Shown piece after piece: positions 1 to 8,907 of a stretch of DNA of 40,000 bases. Position 1 is the stretch's first letter. Each line of letters opens with the position of its first letter. This stretch comes from Clostridiales bacterium (GTDB lineage Bacteria; Bacillota; Clostridia; TANB77; CAG-508), in assembly GCA_013333035.2 (NCBI GenBank), contig JABCPQ020000017.1, positions 1-40,000 of the forward strand. The letters are read 5' to 3'. The position numbers and the translations under genes are program-made. The notes below the pieces were generated by a model. The model worked only from the letters and a program-made list of their open reading frames with translations. It had not been told where the DNA came from and did no database searches.

Positions 1-144
1 ATGACCATCTAATATTGGTAATATTACATGATAATTACTTTTTAATATTTCTGACACTTCTTCATAATTCCACCATGATAATCCACCACCATGTAATAAT
101 ATAATAATATCTTTATTAGATTTCCCATATTCTTTAACTATCAT
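1..144 (-). CDS. alpha/beta-hydrolase-fold protein, N-terminal 48 codons only (gene runs off the window start)
   Basis: Hand translation from the ATG at 144..142 gives MIVKEYGKSNKDIIILLHGGGLSWWNYEEVSEILKSNYHVILPILDGH. A beta-strand followed by HGGG is typical of alpha/beta hydrolases. AAGGGGTGA RBS (149-157) lies 4 nt upstream; TGtTATAAT extended -10 at 164-172. Confidence 0.5.
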   Translation of the reverse strand, partial: MIVKEYGKSNKDIIILLHGGGLSWWNYEEVSEILKSNYHVILPILDGH

Positions 145-331
145 AAAATCACCCCTTAGTTAAATTATAACATACAAAAAGCAGACTTTTTACATTCACT
201 TAGATATTCTTGAAATCTAGTACTCATAAAATACTCTATTTCCCAATCACTTATCATTACTATTTATTTACCATCATATTATAACATAAAAGATGCAATT
301 TTTTCATTTACTCCCAAATTTATTAATTTTT

Positions 332-583
332 TTATCCACATGTTTCATTCTTTAAAGTATTAATATAGTCTTTTATCATTTGATTCTTATCTGTTTATTG
401 AAATATTTTTGAATCTACCTCTTCAAACTTATTTTTAGTTTCCTCATAATCTTTAGTCAAAACATCATATTCTTTTTTATATTTTTATTGAATATGCGTT
501 CCCATTTTAACAAAACATTTGTAGCGCCTAATTTAAAATGATTTACTGTTTACATTGCTGATAAAATTTGAATATTTAGACAT
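332..583 (-). pseudogene. decayed gene remnant (at least two frameshifts plus an in-frame stop); original function unknown
   Basis: GGAGAG RBS (593-598) sits 9 nt before the ATG at 583. The reading MSKYSNFISNVNSKSF* continues in another frame as NHFKLGATNVLLKWERIFNKN, then shifts again to KKEYDVLTKDYEETKNKFEEVDSKIFQ*TDKNQMIKDYINTLKNETCG*. No intact ORF exists in the 550-nt gap 145-693. Confidence 0.3.
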
Positions 584-650
584 AAAAATGAACTCTCCTT
601 GTTAAACTATATATTTTTGTATAACATTTTGGGTTCACTTCAGCAAAATT

Positions 651-692
651 AACAAGAAAACTGTAGGAAAATTATTCCTACAGTTCTTTTTT
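651..692. terminator. bidirectional rho-independent terminator downstream of the histidine kinase gene
   Basis: Perfect 9-bp stem CTGTAGGAA (661-669) / TTCCTACAG (675-683) with a 5-nt loop. A T-run follows on the plus strand (684-692) and TTTTCTTGTT follows on the minus strand (651-660). Confidence 0.7.
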
Positions 693-693
693 A

Positions 694-1836
694 TTATAAC
701 TTAATTAAAAATACAAAACCAATATCGCTCTTCTCTATCCTATATTCAATATCGTAATTTGATAAAATTCTACTAACAATATATAATCCCATACCATTAC
801 TGTTTTTCTTATTCAAATCAAACTTCATCTCAAATAAATTATCAATATTAATTTCACTATCACAGGAATTTTCAAGATAAAACCATCCATCCCTACTTCC
901 TACATTAATAACACCACCATTATCAGAATAATTAACAGCATTATTAATTAAATTAGATAAAACAATATTTAATCCACTCTTTCCAATATATAATTCTTCA
1001 CAATCCAAATTATTAGAAAATTTAATATTCTTATTCTTAATTAAAACACTATATTGATCCATAATCTCATTTAAAACTATACCAATATTAATATTTTCCT
1101 GGTCATCTTTTAAATTTTCAAGCTTTGAAATAAGAAGTATTTGAGAAATATTATGACTCAATTTATCAACAATACCAATACATTCACCAATATAAAAATC
1201 CCTATCCTTATATTTTCCAATATTATATTGCATATTCTCCAATATAATTTTTAAACTAGCTAAAGGTGTCTTCAATTCATGAGAAGCTCCCCTAAAAAAA
1301 TCATATTTCAATCTCTCTAATTTTATAATTTCTTCCTTCTTCATCAATTTAGCATAAACAATTGAAATACCGATAGATAATATAAAAGAAATAATCAATG
1401 AATATGGCAAAAATTTAAAACTTAATTTCTTAGCTTCTTTATTAATATCAGTTGTCGAAACAAATTGGATTGAAACCTTTTCCCCAGTATTTAATTCAAT
1501 AACCCTATCTTCAATAATCAATGAATTACTAGAACTATTCAAATCTATTTTAGTATTTTTTATAGGCAAACTATTATTATCATTATCATTCTTTATAAAA
1601 ACACCAATATCACTATTTTTCGAATAAAAATCTAAAGTCTCTTCAATAAACTTAATATCTCTCCCATTCAAGTTCCTTGCAATTTCATCAGATTTCTCAA
1701 CAATATGACTCTTTCTAGAATCTATATAAATCCTTGGAAATAATAAAAATATCATTAAATGAATAAATACAATTAAAATAATTAATATACTAAATATTTG
1801 TAAAAATACTTTTGGAAATACCTTCAATCTCTTCAT
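694..1836 (-). CDS. sensor histidine kinase (two TM helices flanking a ~110-aa extracytoplasmic loop, HisKA + HATPase_c)
   Basis: H-box FFRGASHELKTPLASL, N-box LINNAVNYS, G-box GMGLYIV. Hydrophobic segments lie at the N-terminus and near residue 145. ATGA overlap with the upstream response regulator gene. Confidence 0.85.
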   Translation of the reverse strand: MKRLKVFPKVFLQIFSILIILIVFIHLMIFLLFPRIYIDSRKSHIVEKSDEIARNLNGRDIKFIEETLDFYSKNSDIGVFIKNDNDNNSLPIKNTKIDLNSSSNSLIIEDRVIELNTGEKVSIQFVSTTDINKEAKKLSFKFLPYSLIISFILSIGISIVYAKLMKKEEIIKLERLKYDFFRGASHELKTPLASLKIILENMQYNIGKYKDRDFYIGECIGIVDKLSHNISQILLISKLENLKDDQENINIGIVLNEIMDQYSVLIKNKNIKFSNNLDCEELYIGKSGLNIVLSNLINNAVNYSDNGGVINVGSRDGWFYLENSCDSEINIDNLFEMKFDLNKKNSNGMGLYIVSRILSNYDIEYRIEKSDIGFVFLIKL

Positions 1837-2489
1837 CTTCTCTCCAACTTATAGCCAACATTTCTTACTGTAACAATACAATCCAATCCAAACTTCTTCC
1901 TTAATTCCTTAATATAAACATCAATTACTCTATCATAAGGAACTTCATCAGTATCCTTCCATATATTATCAATTATTTGTGCTCTTGTTAATACATGCCC
2001 CTCATTCATAAGCAAAAACTTCAAAATTTCAATCTCTTTCGCATTAACATCAATTTCTTGATTATTATATTTAGCACTATATGCTGTAAAATTCACTTCC
2101 AAGCCATTATATTTAAAAATATCAACATCACCATAATATCTTTTAATCAATGATTCAATTCTAACTTTCAATACTGATAAAGATAATTGCTTTTCAATAT
2201 ATCCATCAGCCAAATTTGTAAAAGCCTTTAATTTGTATTCTTCATCACTAAAAGCAGTAAGCATTAACACAGGAACTTCACTAGTTTTTCTAATCTCTTT
2301 TAAAACATCTAAACCATTCACAAACGGAAGATTTATATCTAAAATAACTAATTTAAAATCCTTTTCTTTAAATTTAGCAAGTGCATCCATTCCATCTTTT
2401 GCACCAACCATTATATACCCAAATTCTGATAAATACTCTATAATACCTTCTCTTATATCTTTATCATCTTCAACAATAAGTATATTCAT
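1833..2489 (-). CDS. OmpR/PhoB-family response regulator
   Basis: Receiver domain (MNILIVEDD ... LVILDINLP ... LMLTA) plus a winged-helix C-terminus (LTRAQIIDNIW ... VRNVGYKLE). GGAG RBS 5 nt upstream. Confidence 0.9.
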   Translation of the reverse strand: MNILIVEDDKDIREGIIEYLSEFGYIMVGAKDGMDALAKFKEKDFKLVILDINLPFVNGLDVLKEIRKTSEVPVLMLTAFSDEEYKLKAFTNLADGYIEKQLSLSVLKVRIESLIKRYYGDVDIFKYNGLEVNFTAYSAKYNNQEIDVNAKEIEILKFLLMNEGHVLTRAQIIDNIWKDTDEVPYDRVIDVYIKELRKKFGLDCIVTVRNVGYKLERR

Positions 2490-2541
2490 AAAATCTCCAT
2501 AATATAAATTACAAATATTATAATTGATTTACTCATCAAAA

Positions 2542-3918
2542 TCAATTTTCATCACTTAATAGCTCTTTAGGTTCTTTTCTTAAAATATTTATAGAAGCAA
2601 TTAATAAAGAAATACATAAAACAACTAACATAAATATAACAGCATATACAAATAATTTTCCATTTACATTAACATCAAGACTTGTCAATGTCTTATTAAA
2701 TCCATCAACTTCGGCTCCACCGCCCATTCCTATTGATGAAGACTCTTTCATCATTTGCTTTGTTATACCACTAGTAACATTTTTTAAAATATTATTACCA
2801 ACAGCCTTTCCAATTCCACCAGCTAAGAAATAAGAACCTATAAAAGCAGGAATCGTAATAAATACTAATTCAAATAAAAATTGTGTCAAAATTTTTACCT
2901 TAGAAATTCCCACTGCTAACAATATAGCAATTTCTCTCCTTCTAGCATTCATCCATAAGAATAACAATAATGCTACAATTACACCAGCAAATACCAATGA
3001 ACCAATAAACAATTGATCCGCAATTCCATATATTCCAGAAATAGACTTTTGTAATGCTGGGAAATTTAATGAACTTTTAATCAAATTATATTTCTGCCAA
3101 TTAATATCCAATTTTTTAATATCTCTTAAAACTTGATCAATATTCTTGTCACCTTTTACAAAAAATGAAGCATCTTGATAAACTGCAGTATCTTCTGTAT
3201 AACCATATAATCTAACAGCAGTATCAATATCACTAACCAATGTATTTTCATAAAGTTCTTGTGAATATGTTACATTACTCTTATTATGCCCGTCAAATAA
3301 TCCCAATATTTCAACTTCAATTGTTTCATTAGCACCTTTTTCATTATCAGCATCATAAATATTAGATTTTAATTTAATCTTGTCGCCAACTTTTAAGTTA
3401 TTCTTTTCAGCTAAATCCTTATGCATTAAAATTTTATTTTTATCACCGTTTTTAATATGTCTTCCTGAAACTAATTTATATGCACCAGAAACAAATTTAG
3501 TTTCTTTTTCAGAATTATTAACACCAGTCATCATAACAGACCTTTTAAATTTCTTCGCTCTATCAGGGGATAAATTTGAAAGAGTCCTTGATGTTTCAAT
3601 AATATCATAATTATCTAAATCAGCAACAATATTAATTCTTTTTACATAATCAACAATATCTTTCGAAGCAGCAATTTTTTTAATATCAATTCCTCTAACA
3701 TTTCCGCTTCCTCTAGGAGTACCTTGATTAACCCTCCTATTTATTTCAATCATAAAACTATTTGTAATACTCGAATACGTTTCTTTAGCAGCCTTATCAG
3801 TAGCATCTTTAATAGATAAACTAACTAAACTAAGTGCAGTCATTACTAATACAACAAAAAGTATTATCAAAGACTTCAATTTCTTTCTTGTAACATATGC
3901 AAATGCTCTTTTAATCAT
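2542..3918 (-). CDS. ABC transporter permease, FtsX/MacB type (4 TM, large extracytoplasmic domain), second permease subunit
   Basis: N-terminus AFAYVTRKKLKSLIILF (TM1), then a ~250-aa soluble loop, then three C-terminal TMs with the FtsX-like segment RRREIAILLAVGISK. Paralogous to the 4572-5798 product. ATGA overlap with the ATPase gene. Confidence 0.8.
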   Translation of the reverse strand: MIKRAFAYVTRKKLKSLIILFVVLVMTALSLVSLSIKDATDKAAKETYSSITNSFMIEINRRVNQGTPRGSGNVRGIDIKKIAASKDIVDYVKRINIVADLDNYDIIETSRTLSNLSPDRAKKFKRSVMMTGVNNSEKETKFVSGAYKLVSGRHIKNGDKNKILMHKDLAEKNNLKVGDKIKLKSNIYDADNEKGANETIEVEILGLFDGHNKSNVTYSQELYENTLVSDIDTAVRLYGYTEDTAVYQDASFFVKGDKNIDQVLRDIKKLDINWQKYNLIKSSLNFPALQKSISGIYGIADQLFIGSLVFAGVIVALLLFLWMNARRREIAILLAVGISKVKILTQFLFELVFITIPAFIGSYFLAGGIGKAVGNNILKNVTSGITKQMMKESSSIGMGGGAEVDGFNKTLTSLDVNVNGKLFVYAVIFMLVVLCISLLIASINILRKEPKELLSDEN

Positions 3919-4562
3919 TTTACTGCCTCCTTAACTTCATTTAACTTCTTATTTTTTAACTCTAAAATCATATCAGCTTCATTCGCAACATCTTTACTAT
4001 GTGTTACAACAATCACACATTTATTTCTCTTTTTTGCAAGATTCTTCAATATCTCAATAATTTCAGTAGCAGTAACAGGATCCAAATTTCCAGTAGGTTC
4101 ATCAGCCAAAATAACAGGTGCTTCAGAAACTAATGCTCTCGCAATTGCAACTCTTTGTTGTTGTCCACCAGATAACTTCATAACATTCCTATTAATTTGA
4201 CTTTCTTCCAAACCAAGTTCTAATAAAATATCAGCATTAGCCTTACTATTAACAAGCCTAATGTTCTCTAATGGTGTCAAATAATCAATTAAATTATAAT
4301 TTTGGAAAACAAGAGAAATACAATATCTTCTATAATTTGTATAACCTATATCCTTTATATTATCATCATCAAATATAATTTCCCCCACATCAGGTTCATC
4401 AAGTCCTGCAAGCAATGATAATAGCGTTGATTTACCAGCACCTGACTTTCCCATAATTGCATAAAATTTTCCAAGTTCAAAATCTTTACTAATAAGTGAT
4501 AAAACTTTTTCACCTGAACTACTATAACTAAATGTTACATCTTTCATTTTTAAAATACTCAT
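3915..4562 (-). CDS. ABC transporter ATP-binding protein (MacB/LolD-like)
   Basis: Walker A GKSGAGKST, signature LSGGQQQRVAIARAL, Walker B ILADEPTGNLD, H-loop VTHS. AGGAGG RBS 5 nt upstream. Confidence 0.92.
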   Translation of the reverse strand: MSILKMKDVTFSYSSSGEKVLSLISKDFELGKFYAIMGKSGAGKSTLLSLLAGLDEPDVGEIIFDDDNIKDIGYTNYRRYCISLVFQNYNLIDYLTPLENIRLVNSKANADILLELGLEESQINRNVMKLSGGQQQRVAIARALVSEAPVILADEPTGNLDPVTATEIIEILKNLAKKRNKCVIVVTHSKDVANEADMILELKNKKLNEVKEAVK

Positions 4563-4571
4563 AAAATCCTC

Positions 4572-5798
4572 CTAACTCATCTTAGATAAAATCTCTTTAG
4601 GCTTCTTAACCAAAAAAGCCATAGATCCAAATATTATTGATAAAACAATAATTCCAATTAAAATACCATAACTAATCAAAAATTTATCCCAACTAATTAC
4701 ATTTGATACTAAATTAGTAAATATTTTACTACCAACTTGATTTATAATAACATTCCCTAGTGCAAATGAAATCATCATACTAGGAATCGTAATTATTAAC
4801 AATTCAACTATAAATTGCATTATAATTTTAAATTTACTAATTCCAATTGATAATAAAACACCTATTTCAAAAACTCTTTCACGAATCCATAAAATTAATA
4901 TTAATGAAAGTACTACAAGTCCTCCAACAATAATTAAAATAGACATAATCATAACAATATATTTAACACTACTAACTGTCTCTCTAACTTCATCAAAGTT
5001 ATTATTATCTGTTCCAATTTTATAATTTTCCCATTCTAGATTGATTTTCTTAATTTCATTAATTACATCATTCATCTTTTCAGGACTAGTTAAATATATA
5101 TATAATTTTGTAGCAACCTTTTTATTATTATCTAGATTCTTCAAAACTTTTTGACTATAGTCATAATTCATAAAAATCATATTTTCACTAAAATCCGAAG
5201 ATAATCCATTAAATTTCTCCTGTTTCTTTCCAGTAAACAATCCTACGATTTCAAACTCTTCTTCATTTTTTTCAAGCATTAATTTAATCTTATCACCGAT
5301 TTTTAATCCATTATTTACAGCTAAATCTTCATGAATAATAACCTTATTAGTATCTCCATTTTCAATATTCCTACCACTTTTAATACTAAAAACTCCACTA
5401 CTAAACAAATTATTTTTCTTCATATTATTAAAAGCACATATTGAAACAAGATTTTTCAAATCTTCAGGAACATCATCCCTTGAGACTCCTTGCTCACTCT
5501 CAACAACTTTATAATTAACTAATTTGCCAACACCATCATATTGAAAATATTTTTCATCAATCCCTTTAATATTATTAATACTCTTGAATTGATCAATATT
5601 AAAATTTTGCTCACTATTAAGCATTATAGATATTGCAGAATTAGATAATTTATATAAGTCTTTTTCAACCGAATTATTCAAACCCATAATACTTAAACAA
5701 GAATATAAACTAGAAAGTATCAATACTAATACAATAAAAATAATAAACGTTCTATTCTTTTTTCTTGTAATATAAGCAATTGCATTTTTAAATATCAC
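4572..5798 (-). CDS. ABC transporter permease, FtsX/MacB type, first permease subunit
   Basis: GTG start preceded by AAAGGAGAA with 8-nt spacing. N-terminus AIAYITRKKNRTFIIF, large loop, FtsX segment RERVFEIGVLLSIGISK. Same architecture as 2542-3918. Confidence 0.8.
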   Translation of the reverse strand: MIFKNAIAYITRKKNRTFIIFIVLVLILSSLYSCLSIMGLNNSVEKDLYKLSNSAISIMLNSEQNFNIDQFKSINNIKGIDEKYFQYDGVGKLVNYKVVESEQGVSRDDVPEDLKNLVSICAFNNMKKNNLFSSGVFSIKSGRNIENGDTNKVIIHEDLAVNNGLKIGDKIKLMLEKNEEEFEIVGLFTGKKQEKFNGLSSDFSENMIFMNYDYSQKVLKNLDNNKKVATKLYIYLTSPEKMNDVINEIKKINLEWENYKIGTDNNNFDEVRETVSSVKYIVMIMSILIIVGGLVVLSLILILWIRERVFEIGVLLSIGISKFKIIMQFIVELLIITIPSMMISFALGNVIINQVGSKIFTNLVSNVISWDKFLISYGILIGIIVLSIIFGSMAFLVKKPKEILSKMS

Positions 5799-5860
5799 AA
5801 CGTTTTCTCCTTTCTCATTTTTTATCAGTTTATATTCTATTTATGAAATGTATATGAAAC

Positions 5861-5894
5861 AAAAAAATCACCAGTAATAAAAATTACTGATGAT
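5861..5894 (-). terminator. rho-independent terminator of rpsO
   Basis: On the minus strand: ATCATCAGTAAT-TTTT-ATTACTGGTGAT hairpin (one G-U pair; the 4-nt loop shown may open to 6 nt), followed by TTTTTTT (5861-5867). It starts 8 nt after the rpsO stop. Confidence 0.8.
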
Positions 5895-5901
5895 ACTTAA
5901 A

Positions 5902-6168
5902 TTATTTTCTTAAACCTAATTTTGCAACGATTTCTCTATATCTAGCAACATCTTTCTTTACTAAATAATTTAATAAATTCTTTCTGTTACCAACCATTTT
6001 TAATAATCCTCTTCTTGAATGATTATCTTTAGGATTTTTCTTTAAATGTTCTGTTAATTCTGTAATTCTTTCTGTTAATAAAGCGATTTGAACTTCTGGA
6101 GAACCAGTATCTTTCTCATCTCTCTTATAAGTAGAAATAATTTCTTGTTTTGTTTCTTTACTAATCAT
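5902..6168 (-). CDS. rpsO: 30S ribosomal protein S15
   Basis: [69 protein letters not shown] is a canonical S15 sequence. I place the start at the ATG at 6168 (AAAGGTG RBS 8 nt upstream) rather than the ORF-track start at 6186. Confidence 0.95.
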   Translation of the reverse strand: MISKETKQEIISTYKRDEKDTGSPEVQIALLTERITELTEHLKKNPKDNHSRRGLLKMVGNRKNLLNYLVKKDVARYREIVAKLGLRK

Positions 6169-6254
6169 TTTTAGCACACCTTTCATTTTATATTATTCAA
6201 TAACCTAGTCAAAGTGGTGTAATAATCCTTAAACCAAGTTATAGAACTTTAAAT

Positions 6255-6283
6255 ATAATACCATATATATCAACATTTTTCAA
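6255..6283 (-). promoter_or_regulatory. SigA-type promoter of rpsO
   Basis: Minus strand: TTGAAA (6283-6278), 17 nt, TATTAT (6260-6255), with TGn immediately upstream of the -10. Confidence 0.6.
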
Positions 6284-6286
6284 GTA

Positions 6287-6631
6287 TTAAAATACATCTT
6301 TAACAACATCACCAATAATCTTATTAATATCAATCATCATTTGATTAATTTGAACTTGTAAATCAAAATATTCTTTAATATCTTTATTCGCAATCAATGT
6401 ATTATATAGTTTAGCTAACTTAACTCTTTTATCTTCTTGATTAACTTCTTCATGATTTTGTTGTTTTATTTCCATCAATTGAACTTCAACTTTTAATTTA
6501 TCAAATTCTTCAACTAAATCTTTTTTTTCAGGATCAGAATAAATCATATCTTTTGCATTTTTTAATTTTTTAAATACATCAGATTCCCTAATCTCTCTAG
6601 CTAAATTATTTGCTGTATCATAAATATTCAT
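6287..6631 (-). CDS. UPF0342 / YheA-like protein (YlbF/YmcA superfamily)
   Basis: MNIYDTANNLAREIRESDVFKKLKNAKDMIYSDPEKKDLVEEFDKLKVEVQ closely parallels my recollection of Bacillus YheA ([24 protein letters not shown]...). Length is about 114 aa and it is all helical. Confidence 0.7.
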   Translation of the reverse strand: MNIYDTANNLAREIRESDVFKKLKNAKDMIYSDPEKKDLVEEFDKLKVEVQLMEIKQQNHEEVNQEDKRVKLAKLYNTLIANKDIKEYFDLQVQINQMMIDINKIIGDVVKDVF

Positions 6632-6648
6632 ATATACTTCCTTTCACA

Positions 6649-7944
6649 TTATGCATAAGCATTTCTTTTTCTAAACGCCAATAAATTCCCAAGTTCTTTT
6701 TGAATTGTTTTAACTTTTCCAGTTTTATTAGCACTTAATTGAAGCTCCATAGCAGCTTCTTTTTCTTGAACAGTTTTACCTATAGCTAATTGATAAACAT
6801 AGTATGTATTATCAGTAATCTTAGCCCAATTATAATTTTCCTTAACCTTTTTAATTGCATTTTGCGATATACTAGCACAAAGCTTTGGATCAAATAATAA
6901 CGCTAAAACTGAATCAGCAATCGAATTTGCATTACCTGCATAAGATTTCATACCAGTAACACCATGTTCAACTATTTCATTAAGTCCACCAACATCAGAT
7001 ACAATTGTTGGCGTTCCAGATAACATTGATTCAATAGCAACAATTCCAAATGGTTCATAAGTACTAGGAAACACTGCAACATCAGCACATTTATACATTT
7101 TTTGCATTTTTTTAGAATCACAATAACCAGCAAAATATACTTTATTGTCAATTCCCAAATATTTAACTTGTTCTCTCAATTCATCAATCATTCCACCCCT
7201 ACCACAAATAATAAGTTTAGAATCATGATATCTATCAAGTATTTTAGGCATTGCAGCAATTAAATTTTGTATTCCCTTTTCATATACTAATCTACCAACA
7301 TATAAAATAATTTTCTCATTATCCATTGCATATTGTCTTCTAAAATCATAATCAACATTAACATTTGAAAACAACTGCAAATTAACACCATTTGGAATAA
7401 CATTTATTTTATCATAAGGTAAGCCAAACAACCTTTGAACTTCATTTTTCATATAATTACTATTAACAATAACTTCAGAAGATTCATAAGTAAGCATCCA
7501 TTCAGAATCATTAATATATCTCTGTGTTTCATCATGAATTCCACTATTTCTACCACTTTCAGTTGCATGAATTGTAGAAATTAATGGAATATTGTAAGAC
7601 TCTTTTATTGATTTTGCACTATATGCAACAAGCCAATCATGTGCATGAATTACATCAAATTTACCATTTTTATTAATAATTTCATTTGCCTTTGTAATTA
7701 TATTAAAATTTAATTGCATAATCCAGTCAATAAAATTATTAGGCCTAATCATATAATTGTCAACTCTATATACTTCAACACCTTTATCATTTTCATAATA
7801 CTTTACATTATCACCATCTTTGTATGTAACAACAGTAACTTCATTTCCCTCTTTAACCATTTTATGAGATAAATCATAAACAACTTTTGAAATACCACCA
7901 ACAACTCTTGGTGGATATTCCCATGTTAACATCAAAATTTTCAT
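6649..7944 (-). CDS. GT4-family glycosyltransferase (glycogen-synthase-like)
   Basis: MKILMLTWEYPPRVVGGI N-terminus and an E-x7-E motif (EPFGIVAIESMLSG). Start placed at 7944 (GGGGGA RBS 9 nt upstream) rather than 7965. Its partners DUF4912 and GH57 are transcribed divergently. Confidence 0.8.
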   Translation of the reverse strand: MKILMLTWEYPPRVVGGISKVVYDLSHKMVKEGNEVTVVTYKDGDNVKYYENDKGVEVYRVDNYMIRPNNFIDWIMQLNFNIITKANEIINKNGKFDVIHAHDWLVAYSAKSIKESYNIPLISTIHATESGRNSGIHDETQRYINDSEWMLTYESSEVIVNSNYMKNEVQRLFGLPYDKINVIPNGVNLQLFSNVNVDYDFRRQYAMDNEKIILYVGRLVYEKGIQNLIAAMPKILDRYHDSKLIICGRGGMIDELREQVKYLGIDNKVYFAGYCDSKKMQKMYKCADVAVFPSTYEPFGIVAIESMLSGTPTIVSDVGGLNEIVEHGVTGMKSYAGNANSIADSVLALLFDPKLCASISQNAIKKVKENYNWAKITDNTYYVYQLAIGKTVQEKEAAMELQLSANKTGKVKTIQKELGNLLAFRKRNAYA

Positions 7945-8056
7945 TTGTATATGTCCCCCATACATCTCTTACTAACAATATTTTATATATAGAAAATTTA
8001 AAAGTAAAGCACTAAAGTATAAAATATTACATTTTTTCGAAGTTTTTTATTAATTA

Positions 8057-8083
8057 TTGAATTAAAAGATTTTTTGATATAAT
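8057..8083 (+). promoter_or_regulatory. putative promoter of the DUF4912/GH57 unit
   Basis: TTGAAT (8057-8062), 15 nt, TGaTATAAT extended -10 (8075-8083). The short spacer makes this tentative. Confidence 0.4.
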
Positions 8084-8107
8084 ATATTGCATATATAGGA
8101 GGATATT

Positions 8108-8851
8108 ATGGCAATCAATTCAAAAGATAAAAATTTAAACAAAAATAATCTAAAAAATACTAAATCAATAATTCAAAAGTTAGAAACAAAAAAACCTAAA
8201 AAAACTATGCAAATTACCCCTTTAGAAGATGCATCAATTAAAAAGCTTTTTAAAACAATAGAAAATAAAAAAACAACTCCAATTATATTAGAATATTATG
8301 ATTTGCCATATAGATATAATAAAACAACAGTTAAATTTCTAGCGCAAAATCCTCATACATTATTCGTATATTGGGAAATATCAGATGAAGATAAAAATAA
8401 TTTAATCAAAAAATATGGTAATGACTTTTTTAAAACCACAATTCCTCTTCTTGTATTAACAGATTTAAAAAACAATAAAACTTACGAAATACAAATAGAC
8501 GATTTTACAAACAATTGGTACATACATGTTAACGAATCACATCTACAATACCAAATTACTCTTGCAAGAAAATTCAAAGAAGTTAAACCACAATTACCAC
8601 TTCCTCTTCCAATTCAAAACTATATTTCAATTGTTAAATCAAATGTCTTAGAAACACCAAATGACCATATACTATTTTTCAAGCCGAATGAAAAATTAGA
8701 ATTCAAAAATATTTTAACAAATAGAATTACATCAAAAAGAATTACTAACAACGATAATAAACAAATTAAAGCAATTTATAAAAATTACAATGAATTATTA
8801 AATAATAAAACAGCTGAATTCGATTTTAACAATCCATCATCAGCATACTAA
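8108..8851 (+). CDS. DUF4912-domain protein
   Basis: The core YDLPYRYNKTTVKFLAQNPHTLFVYWEISDE matches the DUF4912 signature as I recall it (lP..Y....l.ll..dP..lf.yWe). AGGAGG RBS. Adjacent to GH57, as is usual for this family. Confidence 0.6.
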   Translation: MAINSKDKNLNKNNLKNTKSIIQKLETKKPKKTMQITPLEDASIKKLFKTIENKKTTPIILEYYDLPYRYNKTTVKFLAQNPHTLFVYWEISDEDKNNLIKKYGNDFFKTTIPLLVLTDLKNNKTYEIQIDDFTNNWYIHVNESHLQYQITLARKFKEVKPQLPLPLPIQNYISIVKSNVLETPNDHILFFKPNEKLEFKNILTNRITSKRITNNDNKQIKAIYKNYNELLNNKTAEFDFNNPSSAY

Positions 8852-8859
8852 TTATCAAT

Positions 8860-8891
8860 AGGTTTTCTTCTTTAGAAAGCCTAAATTTTTT
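8860..8891 (+). terminator. possible intrinsic terminator/attenuator between DUF4912 and GH57
   Basis: AGGTTTTCT (8860-8868) / AGAAAGCCT (8874-8882) form a 9-bp stem with one G-U pair. AAA follows, then TTTTTT (8886-8891). Confidence 0.4.
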
Positions 8892-8907
8892 ATAAGGAAC
8901 TAAAACA

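Noticed and set aside
1833-1836. Mollicutes-type genetic code (UGA=Trp), suggested by the extreme AT-richness
   Set aside because: TGA functions as a stop in the ATGA overlaps at 1833-1836 and 3915-3918. Trp in conserved positions (for example GHWW in GH57) is encoded by TGG, and the ORFs have full expected lengths under code 11.
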